DNA of 64,000 nucleotides from Paraspadella gotoi (taxonomy: Eukaryota > Animalia > Chaetognatha): NCBI GenBank assembly GCA_051294375.1, contig CM119265.1:27162517-27226516 (forward strand), read 5' to 3'. A program made the translations under genes and the position numbers. Positions 45,923 to 61,000 of this stretch are shown one piece after another (position 1 is the first letter of the stretch; each line of letters opens with the position of its first letter). The notes under the pieces are model-generated. The model worked only from the letters and a program-made list of their open reading frames with translations. It searched no databases and was not told where the DNA came from.

Positions 45923-48296
45923 TCAAGAAATGTTTAAATAATCAAAGGCCTCCACGCATTGCTCAACCTCCCCGACATTTTCGTAACCTCGATGATAATC
46001 CTGCGCGTGACGCTGCGAATGTTGTGGATGACTGTTCGCCGTATCTTCGAAACGAGCCCCCGTTTCCAGAGGCGCGTCGTAATACCCTTCCCCGTCCGTA
46101 TATGAGCGAGCCAAAGAACCAGCCGGATCCGGCGGATGCGTCGCCGAGAAATTTACGGACGACGAATCGACGCCGGGAACAAGAAACGAAGGCGTCGACG
46201 CAGAGGGAACAACTCGCGACGACTTCGTCGGCGCCAAAGACGACGCAGCGGCAGCTGCGACGCCGCCTCCACCATCGAGGACGCCGCCGCCCGGAGGGTC
46301 AGATCGTATCGAATTGATCGACGATCTCGAAGTAGACCGAGAGAGAATCCCCGTCCAACTCGTCTGCAGTCCGAGCGTCTTGAGAATCTGTCCCACTTTC
46401 TCGGCGTAGTCCGTGTGTCCGGACACGATGTCCGTCAGATCGAAATTGAGGATCTTGTATGAGGACTCTCCTCCGGCGCGGATCTCGATCGGCCGAAGAC
46501 CGGCGATGGTCGAGTTGCCGGAAGATGTCCGGTAGAGAAACTTGAGCATCCAATCGCTGCGACAGTAGCCGTTGATGACTCGACCCGCGACCACCGGCGT
46601 CACCGCCGCCCACGACGCCGCGTCGCCGGGCAAGGGCGCGCCGAGCACCACCACGTTTTCCACGACGCCCAAGGGGCTGCGGGCGTCGCCGGTCGACGCC
46701 GCCAACTCCTTCAAGCAGGAGAAGATGACGCGGGCGCCGAGACTAAATCCGATGAGAGACACGGGCCGCTTCCCTTGTTCCCTGGCGAGCAGCACCCGCG
46801 CCAACTGCTTGCCCGCCAAGGCCGAGCGATTCATGCAGACGCTCCAGGGATTGTCGATGGCGTGGCTGAGACCGAGGATGCCGACGGGCCACGCCACGGC
46901 CGACATCACGCCCGAGAGGACGGTATATTTGAGAGCCTCAACGCCCGCCTTTTGTACGGCCACTCGCAAAAGATAGTCTAGGCTCCTGCCAAGCTCCAGC
47001 AGGTATTTGCCCTCCCACTTTAAAGCGTATTGCTCCTTCGATAACATCAAGTTGACCCAGGGCGTCTTAAAGGAGTCGTCGGCGTCCGACTGGAGCCAAC
47101 CGGCGACGGCCACGCCACGTGGAGCGATTCGTCGACGACGAGAGGTTCAAACTCGAACTGCTCCAGTCCGCCGACGCGACGCTTCATGCGGTAACCGATC
47201 AGACCGGCGCCGCCGACGCGCGAAGGCGGATCCGATTATGGCGGCGCCGGCCGAGGAGGCGATCACTGCGGCGCCGGCGGTGCCAATTGCGCCGGTGCCC
47301 GCGGCGATGAAAGGAACAGCCAACCCGCCGGTCAAACCGACGAGAGTTCCACCCACGGCGCCGGCGAGGCCGATCTTGAGGTATCTGGGGGGGAGTAGAG
47401 AAAGAGATAAAATGGTTCACCAGTGGAGACCCGTTTCTCCAATACCACCAACTCCAGACCCACCTGGCCGCCTTCTTCTTGAACACCCCTTGTGAGGCCT
47501 CTCCACTGGCATCCTCGGCCGCCCCGCCGACTCCGTCGCCCGATCGTCGGAGATGCTCGATGTAGGCCTCTTCGATGTCGTCCACGAAATCTACGTTGAT
47601 GTGAAGAAGAAGCGCGAACTCCTTGACAAAGACGCGCCACCTGGAGTCGTAGCCCTCGGCCTCTTGCACGGCCAGCGTCACCAAGTCTTGCACGAAGAAC
47701 AAGAGACAGAAATTGCGGGAATTGTGGACGGGCGAGAGCGGCGGGCGGGAAGATGATGGGCGGGAGTCGGGAGCGGCCAGGGTTTGACGAGAGGGAGGAG
47801 GGAAGGCGGAGGAAGAGGCGCCTGCCGTTGATGGAGGTGAGATTGAAAGCGCTGGGTGTGAAGAGAAGGCGGTTGAGGCGGTCTCCACGAAAGCGGCGCC
47901 ACCGCCGTACGTGGATGACGACGACCACGCACCCTCGAGCGTCATCGTCTCTTGCTTGAGCGTCTCGATGAAAGGTCCGCACGCGATTTGACCCTTTCCC
48001 TCGACGATGGCGCCGAGGCTGCGCCAAACGTCGTCCGGAGTCAAACCCACGTGGGCGACGACGTCGAAGAGAATGCGGCGCGAGAAGCCAGCGTCCGACG
48101 ACGAGGATTCGCGGGCGTCGAAGCGACATCGATCTAACGCGCATGCGCACAGGGCGGCGTAGGCGTAACGGGATTCAACGGAGAGACGCGTCACGAGCGA
48201 GGGGACGTCGGCAAAGGAGACGACGGCGGCGCTCTCCTCCGGCGCCGTTAGCGTCACTTCCGGAGGCGACGACGCCGTGAGGAAGGGAGACGCCAT
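45923..48296 (-). CDS. TMCO4: TMCO4-like (DUF726, alpha/beta-hydrolase-like) protein; intron 47462-47385; two compensating indels at ~47220 and ~47115
   Basis: GYDSRWRVF, RYLKIGLAGAVGGTLVGLTGGLAVP, EQYALKWE..L.ELG, IDNPWSVC..AGKQLA..L..QGKRPVSLIGFSLGARVIF (GxSxG) and VVAGRVINGYCRSDWML. Confidence 0.9.
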
Positions 48297-48506
48297 CGGC
48301 AGAGAAAAAAACCCCGATTGGGGGAAAAGGGAAAGGATTCAAGGCATCGCGAAAGAAATAAATAATCTGATAATAATAATAATAATAATAATAATAATGT
48401 ATAAAAACAAATAACGACTAGCCCAAATTGACAACGGAATGATCAATGCCGAATGGAAACACCATTTAACCAAAATAACGAAGAGGCTCTGGGTAAAGAG
48501 ATATGA

Positions 48507-50166
<1,660 letters not shown>

Positions 50167-50292
50167 TGCGGCTTCGAATAAAAAAATTCGTTTGTCGGTC
50201 TGTACCGACTTTTAAAGTCGACACAACGACTCTGCGATGGTCGAAGCGACAAAACCCTGGCGCGTCGAAAAGAAAAAGTAGAAATCAACGAA

Positions 50293-50420
50293 ACAAATTC
50301 AAAACAACAACAACAAACAACATACCACAACAACCACCAACAACAAACAACAAAAACAACAACAACAAACACAACAAAAACCACAACAACAATCAATAAC
50401 AAAAACCAACAACAACAACA
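50293..50420. repeat. (CAA/ACAA)n low-complexity tract between RBM34 stop and DECR1 start
   Basis: Directly visible; reads as a GU-rich tract on the transcribed minus strand. Confidence 0.85.
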
Positions 50421-50446
50421 GAAAAAAAAAGGGGGGGAAAAAGTAT

Positions 50447-50809
50447 TTAAAGTTTGACCATCGTCGTCGTGTTTTTCTTTTTAAAAGCCTTTCGACTCTT
50501 GGCGTTTCTCTTCCAATTCGCCACGCCTCTCTTCGTCTTAGTTTTCTTGTTTCTCAGATCTCCCATAAACTTTTTGACTCCGCCGCCACCGCCGCCTCCA
50601 GATTTGGCGCGTTTAATCCTCAGCGTCCTCCCGGCGAGTTCCATCTTCTCGTCCTCGCGGACGGCGGCGACGACGGCGCCCAGGGAGCGAAAGGCCACGT
50701 AGCCGAAGCCTTTGCCCATTCGCGTGGATTTGTCGCGGACGACCCGGACGCGGGCCACGTCGCCGAAGGATTCCTGAAGGGGGATTTCAGGAGCTTGATC
50801 CAGGAAACT

Positions 50810-50851
<42 letters not shown>

Positions 50852-53392
50852 GAGATACTTTTTCCTTCAGTATTACAGCAGTCACCATTTTTCTAAATAT
50901 TTAACTAATGTAATTTAACGTGTTAATTTAAAACCTCAGACAACGATCATTAGATGGCAAAAAAAAAAAAAAAGCGTTACTTCAACCCGAAAGAGTTTGT
51001 GAAGGGCCTCGTCGGAGACGTCGTAGGGCAAATTCCCGACGAAGACGGACAATTTAGAGTCGGCCAGATTCGCCTCCTTAAAAAGAAAAATAAAGTCATC
51101 GTCACATTCATCGAAAATCCCCATCCCCTTCATCCCTTCACCTTTCATCCCCTCCCCTTTCATCCCCTCACCTTCCCGCAAACGTCGACTCGCAAATGTC
51201 GACCTTCGAATTCAGTTCCGTCAAAATCCTCGACCGCCTTGTCGGCGTCGGCGGCGTTTTCGAAGACGACGTAGGCGTGACTGAAAAAATGCAAATTAGT
51301 TATATTTTATAAATCTTTAATAATGTTAAAAATATACTATTGTGGCGGTATAATCACACCGCCTTACGTCCACCATCCTTCAGCCAAAATCCATTGGCTC
51401 AGATTGGGAACACTCCATCCCAGGCGTAGTGACTGGAGGCGTCACTGAGGGTCGGAAGCCCCAAAAGCCAAGTGAGATGCCCTATCCCAATGGGCATCAG
51501 AGGCAACCCGACTGTTGAGCCCTACTATCGAACATGCAACCTTCTCAGGGTACGTTACGACAAACACCTATGCCCTGCCGACTTCGGGTACGCTACGACA
51601 AAACGCCTATGCCCCGAGCCAGTGACTGGAGGAGTCACTGAGGGCCGGAAGCCCCCAAAGCCAATAGTGAGATGCCCCATCTTAATAGGTATCACAGGCA
51701 ACCCGGCTGTTGCCATACTATCAAATATTTTCTTCCTTCCTCCTCTCCATTCCTCACATGGTATCGACTTTAGAGTTGAGTTTATTTGAGATGGCGGCGC
51801 CGCGTTTCGACATCTTGGGATCTTCGCCGACGAATCCGCGGAGCCGGACGGATTCGACCGGACCCGCGCCGGAAAAGAGGCGCCGGAGCCGTTTGCGGAG
51901 GACCTTGCCGGCGACGGAGGGTAAGTTGCCGACGAAGGCGGTGCGGGCGGAAACGGCCGGGTCCGGCGGATCCTGGCGACGATGGAGGAAATTAGGGGCA
52001 TCACTATAGCATCGCAGAACTAACACGATCGTAAAAGCAAAAAGATTCAAGAGGCAAAATTTCCTTCTCGCTTGATAGAATCGTCGTCACGTGATTGGTT
52101 GGAATCAACCAATCAGCTTCCAAGAAGATGGAAACAATGGTTCCATTGGCGTCTCGTATTTCGCGTCTTGGATCCCTTTCTCTCGCTTGAAAAATGATTG
52201 TTCTCTTGTAGATAGAATTTTTGGCTTTCATATTCATATTCACAAATTAATCTGCTTCACACCGTCGATATTTCGCCAAAATAAATTCAACTCCGGTTTT
52301 TGACTTAAAATCTCATCTATTTACTATATTGAGTATTTGAGTAACTTTCTCGCCAACCAGGAAATTATTTAGTAATTAACAGTTAATTAATTTAACTACA
52401 ATTTGTCATTATTATTACCATTTATGAGTTAATCTTACTTTCGCCGACCGGGGTTAGGGGTGGTTAGAGTTAAGAGGGCTTAGGGTTAAGGTAATTAGGT
52501 AATTTTTTTTTTTTAATTTTTTTTAGACATTATGTGTAAATCCTTTCTGTTTTGCTGTGTTTGTAGATTATAAGACAGTTTAATTAATTTGCCACAACAA
52601 TTTATTATTAAAATTAAACTGTCTTAAATTTTTTTTTTATAAATGGATTGTCAAAAGACGCCAAAACCCCAGTCACTAACTCACTATTCTTGTACCATTA
52701 TACACCATTTTTTTTACTATAATTACATTTTTCACAATTAGTCACAATCATTCACCCACTCAAATTCTCTCTATTTTTCTACAACCCCTTTTTCCCTACC
52801 TCCTTCCCCTTCTTCCCCATCGGCTCCCGTTTCCCGCCATCTTCGTCGTCCTCAGAATCCCCTTCCTCTTCCTCCGTTTTCCTCTTCCTCTTCCCCTCCA
52901 CTTCTCCGTCGAAGGAAGCGGCTTCTCTCTCGGCGACCAACGCGTTCTCCAATCGACGCCGTCGCTTCTTCCTCGCGTTTTTCCCTTCGCCGGGCGTCGC
53001 GGCGGGAGCGGAGGTGGAAGCGGAGGTGGAAGCGGACAGACCGGGGGTAGCGGTTGGGGAAGGGTTGGGAGCGGAGACGTCTTCAGCGGGCGCCCGACTC
53101 TCGCTTGCATCCGGTTTCACCACATCCGGGGACTTCGATACTTCGACTCTGGACTCATCGGGCAAAGTAGCTTCACATTTTCGTTTCAAATCTTTTCCAT
53201 TTTTGGGAATTTTAAAAATTTTTTTCGGTATTTTTAAGGGTTTGGTAGAAGTCCTGAAAAAATTTATATTAATCATTAAAAAAATCTAGAAACAAATTAG
53301 CGAATCTTTACTCACTTATCGAAGAGCTTCGTTTTGTCTTGACCCTGGAATTGGAGTAAAGCGGACAAGTCGCCTACCTTGTAATCGGCCAT
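50447..53392 (-). CDS. RBM34: RNA-binding protein 34 / Nop12-like (two RRMs, nucleolar)
   Basis: MADYKVGDLSALL start. RRM1 RTAFVGNLP..LRRLFSGAGPVESVRLR..HAYVVF..FEGRHLRVD; RRM2 SVFVGNLPYDVSDEAL..FGDVARVRVVRDKSTRMGKGFGYVAF..ELAGRTLRIKR; basic tail. Confidence 0.88.
51427..51717 (+). mobile_element. Two tandem partial SINE family B 3' domains (RBM34 intron)
   Basis: AGTGACTGGAGG(C/A)GTCACTGAGGG(T/C)CGGAAGCCCC..GAGATGCCC..ATCA..GGCAACCCG occurs twice (51427, 51620). Confidence 0.75.
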
Positions 53393-53666
53393 ATTGTTTT
53401 TTTTTCTTCTTTAGTTAACCTAAAGAAATCTACTTGCTGATTCAATAGCTGCACAAGAATAAATAAAAAACACCGCAAATTATCAAAAAAAAAAAAAAAA
53501 ACCAAAAAGAGAAAAGTGCAAATAAGAGGCACTGGCTTAATTAAATTGAAAAACCGTTCCACTTATGAGTCGAAGGAGACTAGTTCATGAACAGAATTTT
53601 TATTTTATTTTGATATTTTTGAAACGAGGGGGAAAAATAGCAAAATTCTAAGCGCGCGATCGAGAA

Positions 53667-53941
53667 TTAAAACTGAGTTTTCTTTCTGGGTTCGAACTTG
53701 TCGTACTTTCCCGGAATCGTGCCTGCGGGAAAGGGTAAGGGCAATTTCTAAATGTCTAAATAGAAAAAGATACACTGCGCGGAGAGGCGAAGCGATGAGA
53801 ACTCACCTTGAGCCGATTCGATCTTCGAAGAGGCCGCGGCCGACTTGTCGAACGATGCCGACTTGAACAGCGGAGTCTGCCTCACAGGCGGCTGCGAGCT
53901 CTTAGATTTGAAACTCCAATACTGCACAAGGCCGTCTCCTG

Positions 53942-53984
<43 letters not shown>

Positions 53985-55848
53985 TTTTTCTCTTATCACG
54001 CTTATTAACGATTAATCCGATTGGCATAACAAAGAGATTAGCTGAAACTCGAGATCCCAATTCCGAATTCGGTCACGAAATACTACATTTTCATTTAATT
54101 AGCCTAAACTACTACGTAATTTCTACCTTAATGTCCCCTACCGGGCAATCCAGGGCTGAGACTCGTCTTGTACCACAATTGATAAGTGAGGAACCAAGAG
54201 AGAATGGCCACGACGGTGCCGGTGATTTTTTGCGGCATTGAGTGAAAGAAAAGGCAGGTGCAGAGAAGCATCACCTCCCACAGGCAAGAGAGGATAGTCA
54301 GCGCCACGAGTAAAGCCTAAGGGGACCGAAAAACGAGGCATTTGCTGTCATTTACTTTAGTTTTGAAGTTGGCGATTCTTCGGCCTCTCATAGCCGCCGT
54401 GAAGCTTTGATCTTCTCTCTGTTTTTCGTCAACTCACTCTCTGATTGACTCGCAGGAGACACTCCCAACAAACCGATTGACTTTCGTATTTAAAATTCGA
54501 CGCCGAGAGAGATCAGACACGATTTCCTTAAGTTAAGGCTTAACTCATTCATCACTCGTTCATCGTCATTCGTCAAGTAATAACAATTATTATAGTTAAT
54601 GTCGTACATTGTATTTGAAATTAAATGTCTTCTTTAAAGTCGCCAAACATTTACCTTAATCCTGGGCGTTTGGACGTGATACGCGGCGCGCAAAGAATCC
54701 ACTTGATTTTTGCTCAGTTTCCTCAAAGGCGAGACGACGGTCTCATCATCCTTGGCATCGTGTTTCGTCAACATGTCCCCGATTCGCTCCCAGTTCTGAC
54801 GATTTTTTACCGGAAAAAATTTCAGATAAAACAAAAATTTCGCTTTCTATCGCGAATACATTTTTGCCATTGCTCACTTTGAAAGCTTTGACCTCTTCCG
54901 AGATGACGAGGTTGCTGAAGACTAAGAGAAAGCAATGACCGGAAATGTCGAAGCCCAACCAGACGAAACCCATGGATCGACACGATCCCTTGTCCTTGAT
55001 TACCTCGTGATCGTAACATTTACCTTGAATTTGAAAAAGGGGGGAAAAAACATTAAGAAACTGAAGGGAGTTATTATATCAACGGGAGGATTGCCTATGA
55101 TACCCGGGGCGCAGGGTATCTCACCAACTGGATGGAGGCCTTAAACCACGAAAACCTGCCCAAAGTCAAGGGAAAGATAGTGAAATACTACCGCTACAAT
55201 AGCTTATTCATTGAATAAACGGTAATAAATAAAAAAAATGGAAAGTATTATAATTTGACAAAATATATTACGACCATTGGCAACCTTAAAAGCAAATCCT
55301 CCCCCCTCCACACAACCCCTCACCCTCCTATAACCTCACCCGTAATCTGCTCGATGTAATTGAAGAATCGAACGAAGAAGAACCAAAAAGCCGTGGCGAC
55401 GACGAGGACGCGCGCCACGTGTTTCCGCACCAAATCGATCGTGCAGCACGTGTACGTGTAAGAGGTGAGGATGACGAAGGGGCAAAGCAGCAGCAGCGTC
55501 CACAACCAACCCCACTTGACGAAAAACACGTTGAAGAAATTGTTTTTGGAAGCCATGTAACTGTTGCGGGGGGGAGACAATATTGCGGACAATCCGGGGA
55601 ATCCGAGGGGGGGGTTTCAAATAATCCGCCTTTCCAAAACTCTGTTGCAATACCTGCGCTGAAGCTGAAGCTTAGCTGAAGCTGAAGCTTAGTCAGCGAT
55701 CTTGACTGAGTGAATAGTGCAATCTTGATTAAAGGGGATTTTTTTTAATATTTCAGTTTAATAAAGTGAGCGGTCATCGAGTGTGGACAAAGGCTTAAGA
55801 ACAGTGAGATTCTTTAACGCACGCTGTCAGTCACTATATATATATGTA

Positions 55849-55908
<60 letters not shown>

Positions 55909-56248
55909 TCTCACGTTTTGATGGGCGGAAGGAGATCTTTGCAGACGGAGCAGAAGATGACGATGACGACGTAAAGGCCGATCTTGACGTGAGTCTCGAT
56001 GAACATGAGTTTCTTGCAGACGTGAACGAAGACCATTTGGAGGAACTCCACGAAGTTGGTCGGCGTGAAAAGATCATGAGAGAGCGGACGGCCTGATTGG
56101 GACGGGAGAGAGAGGAAAGGGCGATTAAAAGGTAAGTGCAAATATAAAAAGACTTATGAGTCGCAGCAGCAGCAGCAGCAACAGCAGTTGGATTCGGCTC
56201 AATTCGCTCCTCACTTTTGTAATCGGCGGATGAGGTTTTGGGTTTCAT
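53667..56248 (-). CDS. FITM2: Fat storage-inducing transmembrane protein 2 (acyl-CoA diphosphatase), multi-exon
   Basis: SYMASKNNFFNVFFVKWGWLWT, WLGFDISGHCFLLVFSNLVISEE, LWEVMLLCTCLFFHSMPQKITG..LTYQLWY..SPGLPG|DGLVQY; small terminal exons at 53939-53807 and 53722-53667. Confidence 0.9.
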
Positions 56249-57072
56249 GGCGATTCACAAAAGGCGATTCACAACTTGAAACTAGACCAAGGGGCGAGTG
56301 TGTTAAAAATCGTTACAACGGTCTGAGTTTAAAAATGAACGGGGTCATCAATCGAGCCTCGTCTTCTAGAGTTCCACTACTCGATAAAACGTCCCGTCAT
56401 TTTTCGATCACTCCCACCGTCGATCGTCATCAGAGTCTTTGGATGCAGTAACGGAAACTGGGATGGGATCTAAACGGTGTACAATTTATTATAAAATATT
56501 AATTGAGCAAAAAGTCAACGAAAAGTACAAACATTTCTTTGTAATTTGTTCAGCGAACTGAAAAGCGACAATCATTCACAAAAAAGCTTTTTTCCAATTA
56601 GGATTGCGTTAAGCCAGTACAAAAAAAATGTAATTTTATTTAGAGATAATATTTTGTTGTGAAAAATCATCGAGGGCAGTTTTAAAGTTCTGGTAAGGCA
56701 CTGATTTAGATCGAGATATTAGAACGCGTGCCCACCATAAAAAAAAGCGACGGTTTTATCTTCTCGGATTTTGTTTTAATTAATAACGCGATCAGTGATT
56801 TTAATTTCCGAAAGAAATTTCCAAGTCGTTCTGCGCACGCGCAATGGAAAATAGTCTAAAGCTTTGAGAAGCAGCGACGTTTAGAACGAATTAAATCAGA
56901 GGTAAGGTTAGGCTACAAGGTTATGGGATTTTGGGGAGGCATGGATGGAGTAAGAAAGGGAGAAACTGTTTTCACCGTCGATAGGACAAGAATTGTTTTA
57001 GTTGTTTGTGCGTGCGCAGATACAAAGACTGGGACTGCTAAACATAGATTATAGAGTAATGGTAATAATAAT

Positions 57073-57103
<31 letters not shown>

Positions 57104-58092
57104 CATAACTGAATAAAGTAAGTTTAAGTTCAACAAATTCTTTAATCTATGAAATAACTAAGAATTTTGAGTCAAGGTTACTTAATAATTTTGTTAGTAC
57201 TTAGTAGTCCCAAAAAATGAAGTCCAGGAAACTATATTTTCACTCCAATATTTTTGAAAAAATAAAAACCGAAGTATTTAATATTAGTTGAAAATTCGGT
57301 CGTTTTAAAACACAAAAAAATCTAATTCTAAAACGTTTAACGAAAAAATAATCAACAATCCAGATTAAAACAACGATTTGTGACCTAACTACAACAACGA
57401 ACCATAAAATAAAACCCCCGGAGTTATCACCCGTCGAGAAATATACTACTAATGCGCCATTACGTTTACTTAATGAGAATAATGCCCATTAATTACGTCT
57501 CAATAAAGAGATTCTATCACATAATCACATGTTAGACAGATCTAATACCATTGCTTATTTTAAAAAAAAAGAAATTAATTTATATCGATTGCGTGATTGA
57601 AAAAATAACACGAAATTTTTCATCGATACGAAAGATAGAGTACATTTAAATATATTAATAACAAAATTAATTATTCTAAATATAAAAATAGCCGTGCTAT
57701 AACTAATATAGAAGCGGTTCAAAAAACGGTGACCAGTTACTCATTAAGCGAGCAAACGGATAATAACAAATGCAAAAAGCGTGTTTAATTATTCAGGTAA
57801 GTAACGTTTCTAATTGTAAATAAATGTCCATTCTCACGAAAAGTTTTTTTTGTCCTCCCCGAGTTATTAAATTAATATAAATGGCGAGGGGGGGGGGAGA
57901 AGTCCAGTTCTCAACAGATCTATTTGTCCCAGATCTCCGATGCAGCAACCAAATTAATAAAAAGGCAAAAATTTGGAGAAAAAAAACAAACAAAAAAAAA
58001 AAACAAAAACAAAAAACAAAAACATACATATTGCGCGCCTCCACTACACTGCAAGGTCCCGCTATATATAAGAATGGGCAGCAGTGACCGAA

Positions 58093-61000
58093 TCAAGGCT
58101 TTCCGACGACGGCGGCGTCTCGGCCCTCGGCGGCTGCGGCTGCGGCGGCGACGCGGGACCGATCGGCCTTGAGGCCCTGCAGCGCGCCCTGGCTCCAATA
58201 GGCGGAATCTCCCTGGGAGTCGACTCCCTGAGTCAACCTCTTCTTTCCCGCCTCGGAAGAGTGAAGGCGGATGATCTCCTCGTTGACGTAAGTTCGATCT
58301 GAGGAGGATGAGAGGTCAGTGGCGGAGAGGGAGACAACTGGGGGGGGGGGCAGGGTGAGGGATGAACTTTTAAATCAAGTTTTGATTTTATGGAAAATTA
58401 GATCGAGTTTTTTTTATCTCATTTGCATATAGTTGTGTTGGCTTTGAATAAAAATCAAGCCGGTTCCCGTGTCTTTTCATGTTCTCAATTTGTAAATTCA
58501 CTCTTGAGATTAGTATAGTAATTTATTATAAAGATTGCTTAGAGAGTTTTCGACACTGACCAATAATAATAATGAGAGAAAGAGAATGAATTAACCTGAT
58601 AAATCGAACTAATAAAACCGTACGAAATTAAATAAGAGGGTTCCCAGTAACAAAATATTTTACCAACGTAAAAACGTTCAACGTCCTAACAAATCATTTT
58701 GCCGAGGCAACTGCCTTTTAAAGAAAAGAAAAGAAAAAAAAAAGAAAAGAAAAAGAGAGAAAAAAAGGAAAAAATAGTTTACCAGCGGAAACGGAAGCGA
58801 CATGTTCGTCGTCTTTCATCTCGTTGGAAGTTGGGCAAGATGGGCGATGCTGAAGGAGGCGGGTCTCGGCTGAGGAGGCGGAGGAGGGGGAAATATTTTT
58901 TTAGACGCCATGGGATTTAATTAAGCAAATCAGGAGAAAGTTTGGATGCTCATTTCTGGCCGACTCTCTTTTGTTTAATGAATGAATTAATAGTTTTACA
59001 TGATTCATAATTATTTTGGGAGTGGGAAAAACTCTCTCTCTCTCTCTCTCTCACAGTCTTATTCTCTCTCACTATCACTCTTTCAACCTTTCTCTCTAGA
59101 AGTAAGAAAGAAAATAAATTCGCCGGCCGAATTCTTTAAAAGTTCCAACGCCCGCTAATAAATGATTTTGCTCCCTCAGCTCAAACACCGCGCATACCAT
59201 CAGTTTCCTATCCCACCACGGAAAAATTCCTACCGCTTCAATTACCCCGCCGTTCGCAAAAACATTTCCTTATTTGGAATTATTTTTTTTCTCTCTCTCT
59301 CTATCCTTATCGACCGCCTCCACTCACCCGTAAATGCCTCCTCTTCCTCGTCGACGGCCTCGTTTCCCCTCCCCGACGGCGCCGTCTCGAACGCGCCGCC
59401 ATCACCGCCGTCCAACGACTCGCGGCTGCCGGCGATGAAGAATCTGGGCGACGCCGCTCTCGGGGAGAAAGAGGAGGCGGAGACGACGGTGGAGGCGGTG
59501 CGGGGGCAGGCGTCGGAGGGAGACGGGGAAGGAGGTGGGGTGGAGAGGGAGGAGCGGGCAGGGGGAAGAGGACGATCGAGGGTGGGGGAGGAGGATGAGT
59601 GGAGGACGGGGTGGCTGAAAGAGATTAAAAGAAGGGGGGGAAAGTGAAAAGATTAAAAGCTAATAAGCCACCATAGCCTGTCCACTGTCCCTGTCCAGTG
59701 TCCAGTGTCAGGGGTAAGATAGCTTATTTATTAAATGATAGAAGATAATCTTCACATCGGGTGTACCAATTCCATTGCGTTATTTAATATTTATCCTAAT
59801 TTAACAATAAATAATATCCTTTCCAATTTTTCTAAACTCACCCATTCTTAATCCTTCCCTTCGTCTCCTTCATTTCGACGCCGGCCTCTTTCGATCCCGA
59901 GTCCCCGCCGAACCCTCCCAATCCCAACCCTTTGGCCGCGTTGGTCCACAGCTGCGTCAGGGAAGTCGGCGTCCGCGGCGGCGTTTCCTCGTGACCGCCG
60001 ACGCCGCCCCAGAACCGCGAGGACGACGCCGCCGCGTGAATTCCCTCGGAAACGGCGCCGCGGGAGGAATTCTCGACGCTGCCGTCGGATTTTATGGTCG
60101 GTAACGGATTCTCCCAGCGAAATGCATCTCCGCGTTGAGCGACGCGAAACGGCGCCGAAGCGGCTCCGGCGTCGTGCACCGAGAGGCGCCGGTCTCGCTT
60201 GCCCGGAGCCGTGGCAGTCGAGGCTCCGCCGAAATGGGCGGCGGGGCCGCGCGGTGGCGCCGGAGCTGCGGCGGCGGCGGCGTGGGGCATCATCTCGATG
60301 CTGCCCGTTCCCATCATGGGAACGGATGAGACGGGAGTGTCGAGGCAAGGGGACATGAGGTCGGGATCGAGTTGGAGGATTTCCTTGACTTCGTCGATGT
60401 GTTGCCGATGATCGGGGTTGAACTTGTTTAGGAGGAAAGAAGGGGTCATATTGGATCATTTTTTTATCAAGACTAAAACGTTCAAATTCTTACATGCCAA
60501 CACGTCAGAATCAGGTTTGTGAGATCTTCGGAAATGCCTTCCGGAAGTTTGATGATGTTGCCGGCTTTGACAAAGTTGACGACTTGGTTGTTGCTCAGCC
60601 CTACGAATTTAACAGCATTGGGGTAAGTTTAGGCATTTATTCCGATATCTTCTTCGATCAACTCACCCTGGTAAGGATAGGAGCCGAAGGTGATGATCTC
60701 GTAGAGGATGACGCCGAAGGAGAAGACGTCCGACTTGTGGGTGTAAAGTCCGTCGGCCAGCGACTCTGGCGACATCCAGCGGACGGGCAGCTGGGCTTTC
60801 TTCGTGAATCTGCGTCGAAGGACAACGAGAGAGACAATGTTGGACAACAATACCTTCTAACACTATCACACACATCGGGTTCTTCATTCCGAAACGATCT
60901 CTACGAAGTCACTCCCTTTTTTTAGTCTCGAACAAACGCGAAAAAAAAAAAACAAAACAAAAACAAAACAAAAAAACAACGAAACGAACCCGTCAGGAGA

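Noticed and set aside
52450-52500. TTAGGG-like telomeric sequence
   Set aside because: Only a few degenerate units inside an RBM34 intron; not a telomere or a convincing interstitial array.
54128-54341. Purine-rich segment initially resembling a structured RNA or retroelement end
   Set aside because: On the minus strand it is a FITM2 coding exon (LWEVMLLCTCLFFHSMPQK..SPGLP).
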